From positions 64,001 through 128,000 of the IMG/VR virus record IMGVR_UViG_3300013121_000026: DNA of 64,000 nt; one strand, given 5' to 3'. A program made the position numbers and the translations under genes. Below are positions 1 to 8,518 of this stretch, piece by piece (position 1 is the first letter of the stretch; each line of letters starts with the position of its first letter). This DNA comes from a virus (taxonomy: Duplodnaviria; Caudoviricetes). The notes under the pieces were generated by a model. The model saw nothing but the letters and a program-made list of their open reading frames with translations, had not been told where the DNA came from and did no database searches.

Positions 1-23
1 AGAGTATAACAAAGGATGGCGGA

Positions 24-485
24 ATGGAAATAACCTTTACAGGAAAAGCAAAAAACGTTTCCAGAAAACTGTATACACAAGCTATTAATTTTTATAGCGA
101 GAAACTGCTATCGCCCAAACTAAGGCCGAATGTTTGTATTAACATCGTTTTTGAGGCTGGATTAACAAAACCACCAAGTAAAATTTATGGCTATTGTGAC
201 TTTGATGATTTTGGTGGTCCCCCAAGAATGTTTCGTCTGCACATTGATGCAGGTCTTAGTAAAAGAATGTCATTATTAACTTTAGCCCACGAAATGACCC
301 ACATGAAACAGTATGCGATTGGCGAGCTAAAGGATTATGTTAAATACCCAAATAAGATTAAATGGAAGGGTGAAATAATAGAAAAAGACTCTTCTGAATA
401 CTGGGATGCTCCATGGGAAATTGAAGCATTAGGGCGAGAACAAGGGTTATATAATATGTTCAAATGGCACCTAAAAAATGACTAA
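24..485 (+). CDS. HExxH zinc metallopeptidase-like protein
   Basis: TLAHEMTHMKQY (HExxH) and downstream YWDAPWEIEA third-ligand motif. Confidence 0.75.
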   Translation: MEITFTGKAKNVSRKLYTQAINFYSEKLLSPKLRPNVCINIVFEAGLTKPPSKIYGYCDFDDFGGPPRMFRLHIDAGLSKRMSLLTLAHEMTHMKQYAIGELKDYVKYPNKIKWKGEIIEKDSSEYWDAPWEIEALGREQGLYNMFKWHLKND

Positions 486-786
486 TGAGGAATTATTAGA
501 CGAATTAATCCGCAGAATGGATAAGAACGAAATTCCACTTAGAGACATTTTACAATTAATAGATGATTGGGATCTTGAGCAAGAATTTAGTGATCGTGGT
601 CTTAACGATCAAGACAATATTAACAACATGACACGAGAACAAATTGAACAGTATTTAAAAGAAAATTTTAAGAAGGAAGACATTGACATACTAATTGAAA
701 ACGTGTATTATGATTATGTTGAAAATTCCAAGCATTTAACTAAGTCGTTGGATAGCTTGTTTCTAACAATTAACAAACAAATATGA
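478..786 (+). CDS. Acidic hypothetical protein
   Basis: 102 aa ORF overlapping the previous gene. Confidence 0.6.
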   Translation: MTNEELLDELIRRMDKNEIPLRDILQLIDDWDLEQEFSDRGLNDQDNINNMTREQIEQYLKENFKKEDIDILIENVYYDYVENSKHLTKSLDSLFLTINKQI

Positions 787-794
787 GGTGAAAA

Positions 795-1319
795 ATGAAT
801 GTATCTGACTTTAAGCCTTCCGATTTTATGGCATTCCAGGGAGACGTCTCAATCGTAGCGATTCCCGACAGCATTAAGCTGACCCTTAAGGAAGAAATTC
901 AGCCTGTTGATAACAAGTTGATCCTTTTGGAAGGTGAAATGACCGGCCATCATCATGCTATTGATGTTTTGGAACCGGTTGCTTTTAACCCTGTTGATAT
1001 GGACTTGGATATCAAGCAGGAGTTTATTGAAGTTAACAAGAAGAATAAGAAGACCGTCAAGAACCTTATGAACAGCCTTGATTCTGTCAAGGAACATGGT
1101 CATATCAAGATGTATCGCGATGCAGAATCTGCACAGGCGATGCAGAAGGCAGGCTACTTGACTCGCACTGATCTTGTTATTGGAACTCTCGTTGTAACCG
1201 ATCAGCCTGTTCTATTGAAGCATCAGGAACATCAGACAATTCGTATTCATCCTGGTCGTTACCTTATTGGACGTCAGGTTGAGAGTTCTTACGCAGAAGA
1301 ACGTCGGGTTGCTGACTAA
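795..1319 (+). CDS. His-rich conserved hypothetical protein, typical partner of DUF6745 genes
   Basis: QGDV...LLEGEMTGHHH...LKHQEH.TI.I.PG.Y.I.RQ.E motifs; SD GAGGTG. Confidence 0.65.
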   Translation: MNVSDFKPSDFMAFQGDVSIVAIPDSIKLTLKEEIQPVDNKLILLEGEMTGHHHAIDVLEPVAFNPVDMDLDIKQEFIEVNKKNKKTVKNLMNSLDSVKEHGHIKMYRDAESAQAMQKAGYLTRTDLVIGTLVVTDQPVLLKHQEHQTIRIHPGRYLIGRQVESSYAEERRVAD

Positions 1320-1344
1320 TTCAATAGAGAAATCCTATTTCACT

Positions 1345-1482
1345 ATGGGATTAAGTGATATCCGAGAAGTAATAAGCCGTCTAGTTTATAACAACTCGGA
1401 TATCCGTGTTTTTGTTCATAACCGTTCTCACTTTGAGTGGAATTGGTATAATGCTTATGAAATAACAGAAAGGTTTATATAA
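1345..1482 (+). CDS. 45 aa mini-protein ending ERFI (x-F-hydrophobic family)
   Basis: ATG 1345; TAA overlaps ATG of next gene; MGLSDIREVIS...ITERFI; weak SD. Confidence 0.5.
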   Translation: MGLSDIREVISRLVYNNSDIRVFVHNRSHFEWNWYNAYEITERFI

Positions 1483-2612
1483 TGACTGACAAAAAGTATG
1501 AACTCACCGAAGAACACAAGGCACAGATTCAGCCTTGGGCGCAGAAGTGGATCAAGAATGCGTTGTCCACTAAGCATATGGATAAGGCGGAATACGATAT
1601 TATGTATAACGCCCTGAACAAGCTGTACGAAGCTGCTGATCTTAAGCGTCCTCGTAACATTGTGTTTGTGTCTAGCCCAGTTGTTGGACAGGTTGCTGCT
1701 GGTATTGCTGCAACTTTGTGGTATCTTCGAGAAGAAAAGAAGAAGACGTTTGATGTTAACGATGTTCCTGGATGGGACAACATTCCGGATGCAATCAAGA
1801 AGACCGTCTTTGAGTGCGTTAAGACCGAAGCTGATGGTTATGCTGTTGTTACTAACCAACTGAGCAAGAAGAATTCCTACTTCGCAAAGGATTGGTTAAC
1901 TGACTTTATCAGCGAGAACTACAAGGGCGATGTCAAGCTGATCGAAGACACTACCAAAGAAGCGTGGAGAATGTCCAACGGTGGCAATATGTGGAGCAGC
2001 TATGTTTCTTACATCAGCTTCTTCAAGGACGTTGTTAAGCTCGAACTGCCTATCTACGAAAAGTATCAGTGGTATGAGCTGGTAACGATTCATGGTGGAT
2101 TCCGTTGGATGCATCCTGAATTTTGCATTGTTAGCGACCGTCCTAGTGAGATCCACTTGGACAACGAAAACCGTCCTCATGCTGACAATGGTCCTTCCCA
2201 TATGTGGCGAGATGGTGTTAGCACTTATCACTGGCACGGTTATCGTATTCCCACTGAAAAGGCATGGATCATTGAAGAAAAGAACAAGATCACTGCCAAG
2301 AGCATCTATGATGAAGGAAATGCCGAGCTTCGTCGTATTATGTGCGAAATCACTAACTTTGCTCCTCTTTTGGAAAAAGCCAAGGTTATTTCAGAAGATA
2401 CTGATGGAAACGGACTTCCTCGTCGCTTGATGGAAGTTAAGGTCGGTAAGGAAAAGGTCCGAGTGATTGAAGTGCAGAACGGCTCTTTGGAACCCGATGG
2501 CAGTCGTCGAAAGTTTGTTCTGGGTGCAATGCCCGGAAACACCCCACAGGAAGCAGTTGCTGCATCCTATGGAATTAACCCGAAGAAGTATGTTGAGGCT
2601 GTTAGAACGTAA
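1482..2612 (+). CDS. DUF6745-like protein
   Basis: SDRP.EIHLD...HADNGP...W.DG...YHWHG, NAELRR and V.NGS.EPDGSRR.F.L......PQEAVAASYG motifs. Confidence 0.75.
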   Translation: MTDKKYELTEEHKAQIQPWAQKWIKNALSTKHMDKAEYDIMYNALNKLYEAADLKRPRNIVFVSSPVVGQVAAGIAATLWYLREEKKKTFDVNDVPGWDNIPDAIKKTVFECVKTEADGYAVVTNQLSKKNSYFAKDWLTDFISENYKGDVKLIEDTTKEAWRMSNGGNMWSSYVSYISFFKDVVKLELPIYEKYQWYELVTIHGGFRWMHPEFCIVSDRPSEIHLDNENRPHADNGPSHMWRDGVSTYHWHGYRIPTEKAWIIEEKNKITAKSIYDEGNAELRRIMCEITNFAPLLEKAKVISEDTDGNGLPRRLMEVKVGKEKVRVIEVQNGSLEPDGSRRKFVLGAMPGNTPQEAVAASYGINPKKYVEAVRT

Positions 2613-2635
2613 TTTTCAACACATCTAAGAGCATT

Positions 2636-2669
2636 AAATAGCTTGGGCGTCAAAACCCAAGCTATTTTC
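2636..2669 (+). terminator. Intrinsic terminator
   Basis: aaatagcttggg / cccaagctattt 12 bp stem. Confidence 0.75.
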
Positions 2670-2684
2670 ATATGAGGAACTAGG

Positions 2685-3263
2685 ATGATTACTAACAATG
2701 AATTGCTTCCTTTTTACAAAAAATATGTTTCATTGCACGTCCATTTTGCCACGAAAAACTATGATTATAAAAAGTACAAATCAAAGACTCATGCTAACCT
2801 AGAGTCATTTCTAGAGAGAAACGATAGGAATATGTTTGCTTCCCAGTATCACTATGCCAAAGCAGATCCTGAAAAATACCTTCTTGCTAATTTCATTTAT
2901 AATGATTCCCAATACATCCTTGACTTTACAATTGACAATCTTAATGAGTACAACAAAAGAAACGAGAGCCTAACATACCATTTCCAGCAGCAATCGGAAT
3001 TATTAGCTCCAGTGTTCAATGACAATTTTAAATACACTGAAAACTCATACCCATTTCTTTTTAACGAATATGTTGCTAAGAGAATCACTATTGAGACATT
3101 ATTAATTTTAGATCAACTTTGTGGCTACCTAGCCAAGTGGAATGCATTTTACAAGGATGATGATTTCTATCAATACACGATGTTTCGAGTTAACAAATAT
3201 CGGTTAATATTCAATCCAGAAATATCCAAATTTAAAAAATTAATTCTTGACAAGTACACCTAA
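2685..3263 (+). CDS. 59: Helicase loader gp59-like
   Basis: Y.SLHVHF..KNYDYKKY..K...SF..RND, ITIETLLIL; directly upstream of gene 32. Confidence 0.8.
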   Translation: MITNNELLPFYKKYVSLHVHFATKNYDYKKYKSKTHANLESFLERNDRNMFASQYHYAKADPEKYLLANFIYNDSQYILDFTIDNLNEYNKRNESLTYHFQQQSELLAPVFNDNFKYTENSYPFLFNEYVAKRITIETLLILDQLCGYLAKWNAFYKDDDFYQYTMFRVNKYRLIFNPEISKFKKLILDKYT

Positions 3264-3277
3264 ATAAAGTATAAATA
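3247..3277 (+). promoter_or_regulatory. Overlapping sigma70-like promoter (TTGACA-N17-TATAAA) and late promoter TATAAATA (3270-3277) for gene 32
   Basis: ttgaca 3247-3252, 17 nt spacer, tataaata. Confidence 0.7.
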
Positions 3278-3355
3278 AAAGATTATACGATGTGATTGTG
3301 AACAAACGTGTTTAAATTATGTATCAAGTGAACAAGGAGAAAAAAGGAAATATAA

Positions 3356-4270
3356 TTGACTACATTTGCTGAACTAAAAAAGAAACAAAAAGAACAGTTT
3401 CAAAAGCTAAACAGTAAAATTACTGAACTAAGCAATCCACAATATAGTAACGACGATGATAGATTTTGGCAACCATCTGTAGACAAGATGGGAAATGGAT
3501 ATGCCGTTATTAGATTTCTTCCAGCACCAGTTAATGAAGATGACCCATTCATTTGTATGTGGGATCACGGATTTAAAGGTCCTACAGGAAAGTGGTACAT
3601 TGAGAAGTCTCTAACTACAATTAAGAAGAAAGACCCTGTCTCAGAATTTAATTCTAAATTGTGGGCAACAGGAGAAAAGAAGAACAAGGATATTGTTTCA
3701 GGAACACCAGGTAATGGTGGTACCAAAAGACGTACATTCTTTTATTCAAACATCTATGTAGTAGATGACCCCGAACATCCAGAAAACAATGGTAAGGTTT
3801 TCTTATATCGTTATGGTAAGAAGATTTTCGATAAGTTAAACGATTTAATGAATCCAAAGTTTCCAGATGAGGAACCTGTCAATCCATTCGATTTATGGTC
3901 TGGTGCTAACTTCAAGTTGAAGATTGCACAAAAGGACGGCTATCGCAATTATGATCGCTCAGAGTTTGCTAAACCTGGTCCTGTTGCAGACGATGATGAA
4001 ATGGAAGAAATTTGGAAGAAGGAATATTCCCTACAGGAATTCCTCAATCCAGAGAACTTCAAGAGTTATGAAGAACTACAAGCTAGGCTGAATGAAGTTA
4101 TGGGCTTTACATCTGAAGACGATGAAGAAGCGCCAAAAACAACTAAGGCTAAAACGCCAAAGAAAGAAGTAGCAGTAGAAGATAACGATGAAGATCCCCC
4201 ATTTGAAGTAGATACTGATAGTGGGGACGATGACGAAGATTTTTTCAAAACACTTATTAAAAAGAAGTAA
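3356..4270 (+). CDS. 32: Single-stranded DNA-binding protein gp32
   Basis: DDRFW.P.VDK.GNGYAVIRFLPAP, YGKKIF, GANFKLKI, YRNYD.SEF, acidic tail; TTG start. Confidence 0.95.
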   Translation: MTTFAELKKKQKEQFQKLNSKITELSNPQYSNDDDRFWQPSVDKMGNGYAVIRFLPAPVNEDDPFICMWDHGFKGPTGKWYIEKSLTTIKKKDPVSEFNSKLWATGEKKNKDIVSGTPGNGGTKRRTFFYSNIYVVDDPEHPENNGKVFLYRYGKKIFDKLNDLMNPKFPDEEPVNPFDLWSGANFKLKIAQKDGYRNYDRSEFAKPGPVADDDEMEEIWKKEYSLQEFLNPENFKSYEELQARLNEVMGFTSEDDEEAPKTTKAKTPKKEVAVEDNDEDPPFEVDTDSGDDDEDFFKTLIKKK

Positions 4271-4293
4271 TTTTCGTTATTAATTCCATAAAT

Positions 4294-4335
4294 AGTGTTG
4301 TGGGTAAACTTGTTTTGCGTATTACCCACAACACT
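4294..4335 (+). terminator. 14 bp hairpin after gene 32 (terminator or 5' element of ncRNA)
   Basis: agtgttgtgggtaa (4294-4307) / ttacccacaacact (4322-4335); CATAAATA at 4288-4295. Confidence 0.55.
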
Positions 4336-4339
4336 TATT

Positions 4340-4760
4340 AAAAAATACACTATGAATTAATTGGACAAAACGATATCCAAATAAAGTTAAGATAGTACTA
4401 AATTATTAAGTACTCCGTGTGGTTCAGGATGAGAACCCAACATGGTTGCGGGCTTTATCGCAAACTGAACGTGATCTTCACATCACGTTCTTAAACCGTC
4501 CGAATTATGCAAAGACGGCAAAAATAAAAGCATTTAAGAGATGGAATACTTTAAACCATCAAAACAGAACAATATCGTTGGACTGGTATTGTTCATTGTT
4601 TGCGAAGATAAGCTGATTTTAAAAGGGTAAACCGCACTTCCTATCCTTTCCTTTAACAAGGTTTTTCTAATCCAATGTAGTAAGGGTGGCTCGACAGGTG
4701 TATCCATACTTACATTTTGCCTTAAAGGGCGAAGTGTAGGTCCAATGGCTGACAAATGTA
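4340..4760 (+). ncRNA. Candidate large structured non-coding RNA
   Basis: About ten stems including nested long-range pairings; G-U wobbles favour + strand; no convincing CDS. Confidence 0.6.
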
Positions 4761-4767
4761 AATATGA

Positions 4768-5127
4768 TTAGTTTGTTTCCAGTTTCTTTAAATTTTCTTG
4801 AGTTCTTCCAAATGTATATAGACCAAGAATTACACCAAAAGTTATATGAATTAAGCCACCACCCTGAAGAGTTAATGGAGCCCATGGTAAGTAGGCTATC
4901 TTGAATAATCCAGATAATACACCTGTTCCTATTGGTGCTAGGATAAAATCAAATACAACAAGAACTAAGTATATATAGGCAGCAGATGGTCTCCAGTATT
5001 TTACGAACCATTTTTCTTGTTGAGGTCCTTTGTAATCTGGATTAGATACAACAGGAGTTGTCTTGATTTTAATGTCTGATGTAGGTGTTTTGGTTTCTAC
5101 ATCTTCTTCCGTATCTGCTTTACCCAT
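4768..5127 (-). CDS. 3TM (GTA-type) holin-like membrane protein
   Basis: WRP...Y....FDFI..P ... W.PLTLQGGGL.H..FG.ILGL..FGRT.E. Confidence 0.75.
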   Translation of the reverse strand: MGKADTEEDVETKTPTSDIKIKTTPVVSNPDYKGPQQEKWFVKYWRPSAAYIYLVLVVFDFILAPIGTGVLSGLFKIAYLPWAPLTLQGGGLIHITFGVILGLYTFGRTQENLKKLETN

Positions 5128-5161
5128 TTAATAATTCCTTTTTTACTAGTATTTATTAATA

Positions 5162-8100
5162 TCAGATACTACAGAACCCAACATTATCATTGTTTCTTTT
5201 ACGACCATAACCATTATCTCTAGCACCAGGCATTGCTTGTTCTGGATTATGAACAGGTGGCGTTATTGATGGTGATCCTTGGGATGGTCTTTCTTTTTGA
5301 TCGTCCTTTGATAACGTTTCCTTGATTGATTCAGATGTAGGTTGTTTTGGAATATCTTCATCTTTTGGTTTAGGAATCGCATTTTCCATATCTTCAGGAT
5401 GAATAATTATTTGATCAGCAATTTGTGATGGTTTAGTATCCGGTGGAACTAATGATGCATCTCTTTGCTTTCTAAATGCAGATTCTGCAGATACCTGATC
5501 AGCAACAGATCCTAGAGTTGCTTTCTTTTCCTCAGTTTTGAAACCATCGATTGATAGGTCCTGAACAGGTGGGAATTGTTGAGCAATTTTCTGTTCTGGA
5601 TCTGTTAATTTAACTGCATCTTTGGTAGGTGGTTCTGCCGGTATATCCAGATCAGATTGTTTTGATTTAGCAACCGGTTTGTTTCTAGTAGAATTTTCTT
5701 CATCATTTATTAAACTCAATTTATGAAATTGAACTTCTGGTCGCATTCGACCACGCGATCCACCCAAATCAAAGTGCATCAGGTCAGGAACGCCACCACC
5801 ACCTAATTTTGTACCAAAAGCACCACCATAACCAATTTTAGTCATTAATTCAGGATCATTTTTTGATACCCAAGTTTTAACTCCTCTAGCTAATAGTGTA
5901 TACATTCCAGTGGTATCTTCGCCTCTATTTGGAATAGGTTTTCCATTTGGATCATAAATTTGAAAATCACCAGCATTACCACCTTTATGATGACTTTGAT
6001 TGTGACCATCTCTAGCTCCTGATGTTTGTTTTAGTGTATATCCTTCGGGTAGATAGCCTGAACCACCAACGACTGCTGCATGTAATCTATCGTTAGTACC
6101 CATTGTACCTTTGCCGACAAATTTAGTATCACCTTGTCCGGGTACTACTGATTCTTTAGTAGCTGTCTGTGATGAGGACTGCCTTGAGAGTGCTCCTAGT
6201 CTGTTACCTATCTCTTTAGAATAAGCAGTACCTGCAGTACCAAACGCATCACGTCCAACTTGTCCAGTTTCTAGCCACTTACGTGCTCCACCTTCTCCTT
6301 GATTATGCGCGTATCCTAAAACCTTTAACTTATCTTCGGAATTTAAATTCCGATACGCATTACTATTTTTTATTAAGTAGTCATGATGATACTTGGTATA
6401 TCTATCAAGGTACCTTTCTTGCATTTGTGGATCTTGTAAGTACTGCTGTCTACTAGGAGCTGACTCTCCTAATCGCTTAGCCGTGCTACTAATCTCATTA
6501 GGACCAAATTGATAGGCTCCTGAGTACTTGTTACTGGAACCTCCAATTAATCCGTACTTACCTCCACTTTCAATCTTAGCTAGCCCTTGACGATAAGCGT
6601 TCCATTGAGAGTCGTTTATACCTAGCTCTTTCTTCATATGAGTAGAATTATAATCAATTAGCTTTGAATTCTTATCCAGACCTGTACGATCACCTGATAT
6701 GATCGTATCTCCTGTAGGAGAAGATGTTTGTGTTGATGCTGTAGTACTGTTTCCACCAGTGTTTCTAGTACCAATAGCCTCACCAGCAGCTTGTGCTTGT
6801 TGTTCTGGAGATTGACCAGTAATTTGACCCCATAATGATCTAGCAGACCCCATCATAGGATTCATTCTAACATCAGCTAATTGATCTGCTTTATCTACGC
6901 CATGCTTTTCTACATCTTCATTGTACTGCTGACGTTGTCTTTCATTCATCTTAGGAGACGAAGTTTTTTGACTATCTCCCTTCTCATCCAAGTCTTTTAA
7001 AATTCTAGGCTTGCTAGTAAATGTAATGTTTGGAGAATCCAGAACAATATTAGGCGCATCAAGAGTAATTGTTCCTTGTGCCTTAGCTTTGATATTTCTT
7101 AGGGCTAAGAACTCAATGTCGCTTAGTTTAGCTTCTAATGATATTGATGACTTCTTTAATTCATAGTTATCAGTAGTGTTTTCAAAGCTGTTGTTATTAA
7201 CAATTTTTTCAGCTTCATTTTCTTTCTTGCTGCCCGTAATTCTTTCCCATGTTCTGGTCCAATGAGATTTAGCTAGTTCATCTGCCTTTTCTTCGCCATA
7301 CTTTTTAATATTATCCTGATGAACAATGTTTTGCTTGTCTTTATTCATAGACAGGAAGTATTCGCTAAATGTCTTACCACTACCTAAATAATCATTCCAT
7401 GTACTTGAAGCAAGACCTATTCCACCACCAACAGCAGCACCTAGGGCCGCTCCAGGACCGGCTCCAATACCAGCAACAGGAGCAGTCCCAATACCACCAA
7501 GCATAGCACCAACACCTGCACCTGATGCAGCCCATCCTGCAACAGACATCATTCTATTAGCATTTCTGGAATCTAAACCGCCCTCCCAGTTGCCTTTTAA
7601 TGGATCACGGTTTCTTAGTGCTTTGTCTGATTCAGATGCACTATAAGCAGACAATGCTGTTCCTGCTGCTACACCTAACGCTCCTTTAACTCCTAGTCCA
7701 CCTAGTTTAGATAAAGTAGAAACATCTTTGACGGTCTTAACAGCCTTATAGCCTGAGTATGCCTTAACTGCGTCATTTATTAAAGAGTTATTATTTTTGT
7801 CTTGCTGATTGGGTTCAATATTTCGATTAGCGTCATTATCGTTTTTTATTAATGACGTTGATTTTTTTTTAATTAGCTCATTTTCAATTCGATATTTAAG
7901 TTTGCCTAGATCTTCATCAAATTGCTTTTGCTTTTTAGAAATAACAGTGACATCTTTTTTGATGTTTTCTGTGTAAACAGCAACCTTTTTGATTTGTTGA
8001 TAGATATGTTCACTAACAGCAATGACTTTGTTTTCAAGTTTATCTAGATCTTCTGTAAATCCATCTGACAAAGCATTAATCATAGAGTAGACATCACCCT

Positions 8101-8362
8101 TATTGATTTTTTTGCCATACTTCTTGATTATTTTTTGTGCATCCGGACTTTTATCTACAGATAGTTCCGAACGATTGTTGGTAGTTGTTTCAAATGGTTT
8201 AGTGTTCGCAGTTGTCTCCGTCTGTCCTGGAAGTTCAGGCGCAACAGAACCACCAATAGGTGGAGCACCTATTGCTTGCTGAACTCCTCTGACTCCGGCT
8301 TTAAGTATTTCAGCTCCTGAAGAAGTTGTCTTACTTAAAATTTTCTCGAACATATTAGCCAT
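5162..8362 (-). CDS. 29: Tape measure / baseplate hub (gp29-like) with lysozyme-like and M15-like peptidase motifs
   Basis: 1066 aa; coiled-coil N-terminus, Gly/Ala hydrophobic segment, IESGG.Y...GAYQF, H..G.A.D...HFD; follows gp26/gp51. Confidence 0.65.
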   Translation of the reverse strand: MANMFEKILSKTTSSGAEILKAGVRGVQQAIGAPPIGGSVAPELPGQTETTANTKPFETTTNNRSELSVDKSPDAQKIIKKYGKKINKGDVYSMINALSDGFTEDLDKLENKVIAVSEHIYQQIKKVAVYTENIKKDVTVISKKQKQFDEDLGKLKYRIENELIKKKSTSLIKNDNDANRNIEPNQQDKNNNSLINDAVKAYSGYKAVKTVKDVSTLSKLGGLGVKGALGVAAGTALSAYSASESDKALRNRDPLKGNWEGGLDSRNANRMMSVAGWAASGAGVGAMLGGIGTAPVAGIGAGPGAALGAAVGGGIGLASSTWNDYLGSGKTFSEYFLSMNKDKQNIVHQDNIKKYGEEKADELAKSHWTRTWERITGSKKENEAEKIVNNNSFENTTDNYELKKSSISLEAKLSDIEFLALRNIKAKAQGTITLDAPNIVLDSPNITFTSKPRILKDLDEKGDSQKTSSPKMNERQRQQYNEDVEKHGVDKADQLADVRMNPMMGSARSLWGQITGQSPEQQAQAAGEAIGTRNTGGNSTTASTQTSSPTGDTIISGDRTGLDKNSKLIDYNSTHMKKELGINDSQWNAYRQGLAKIESGGKYGLIGGSSNKYSGAYQFGPNEISSTAKRLGESAPSRQQYLQDPQMQERYLDRYTKYHHDYLIKNSNAYRNLNSEDKLKVLGYAHNQGEGGARKWLETGQVGRDAFGTAGTAYSKEIGNRLGALSRQSSSQTATKESVVPGQGDTKFVGKGTMGTNDRLHAAVVGGSGYLPEGYTLKQTSGARDGHNQSHHKGGNAGDFQIYDPNGKPIPNRGEDTTGMYTLLARGVKTWVSKNDPELMTKIGYGGAFGTKLGGGGVPDLMHFDLGGSRGRMRPEVQFHKLSLINDEENSTRNKPVAKSKQSDLDIPAEPPTKDAVKLTDPEQKIAQQFPPVQDLSIDGFKTEEKKATLGSVADQVSAESAFRKQRDASLVPPDTKPSQIADQIIIHPEDMENAIPKPKDEDIPKQPTSESIKETLSKDDQKERPSQGSPSITPPVHNPEQAMPGARDNGYGRKRNNDNVGFCSI

Positions 8363-8518
8363 TTACTTCTTTTCTTTCGCTAAACTTAAATATACGTCTC
8401 TCTCAAATGGTATTAAATTTTCTAGACTTTCGATGTCCCATTTATAATGTTCGGCTAATAAAACGTTGTCTTTGAAATACTTCAAAAGAGTGTTGTTTAT
8501 TAGCCCAATGTAAAAAAA
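8363..8518 (-). CDS. 51: gp51-like baseplate hub chaperone frame with no ATG; probably the -1 frameshift extension of gp26
   Basis: YIGLINNTLLKYFKDNVLLAEHYKWDIESLENLIPFERDVYLSLAKEKK*; resembles gp51 H.K.S...E.M.P.ER..Y pattern; not in ORF track. Confidence 0.7.
   Translation of the reverse strand, partial: FFYIGLINNTLLKYFKDNVLLAEHYKWDIESLENLIPFERDVYLSLAKEKK

Noticed and set aside
1357-1404. 10 bp inverted repeat gatatccgag/ctcggatatc
   Set aside because: Single occurrence partly due to a GATATC palindrome; no supporting context.
4419-4616. 65 aa ORF in the post-gene-32 gap
   Set aside because: GTG start without SD, no motifs; RNA structure explains the region better.
4340-4760. tRNA, tmRNA, RNase P or group I intron
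   Set aside because: No cloverleaf, tag peptide or core motifs recognised, and no gene is interrupted; not excluded without a covariance search.
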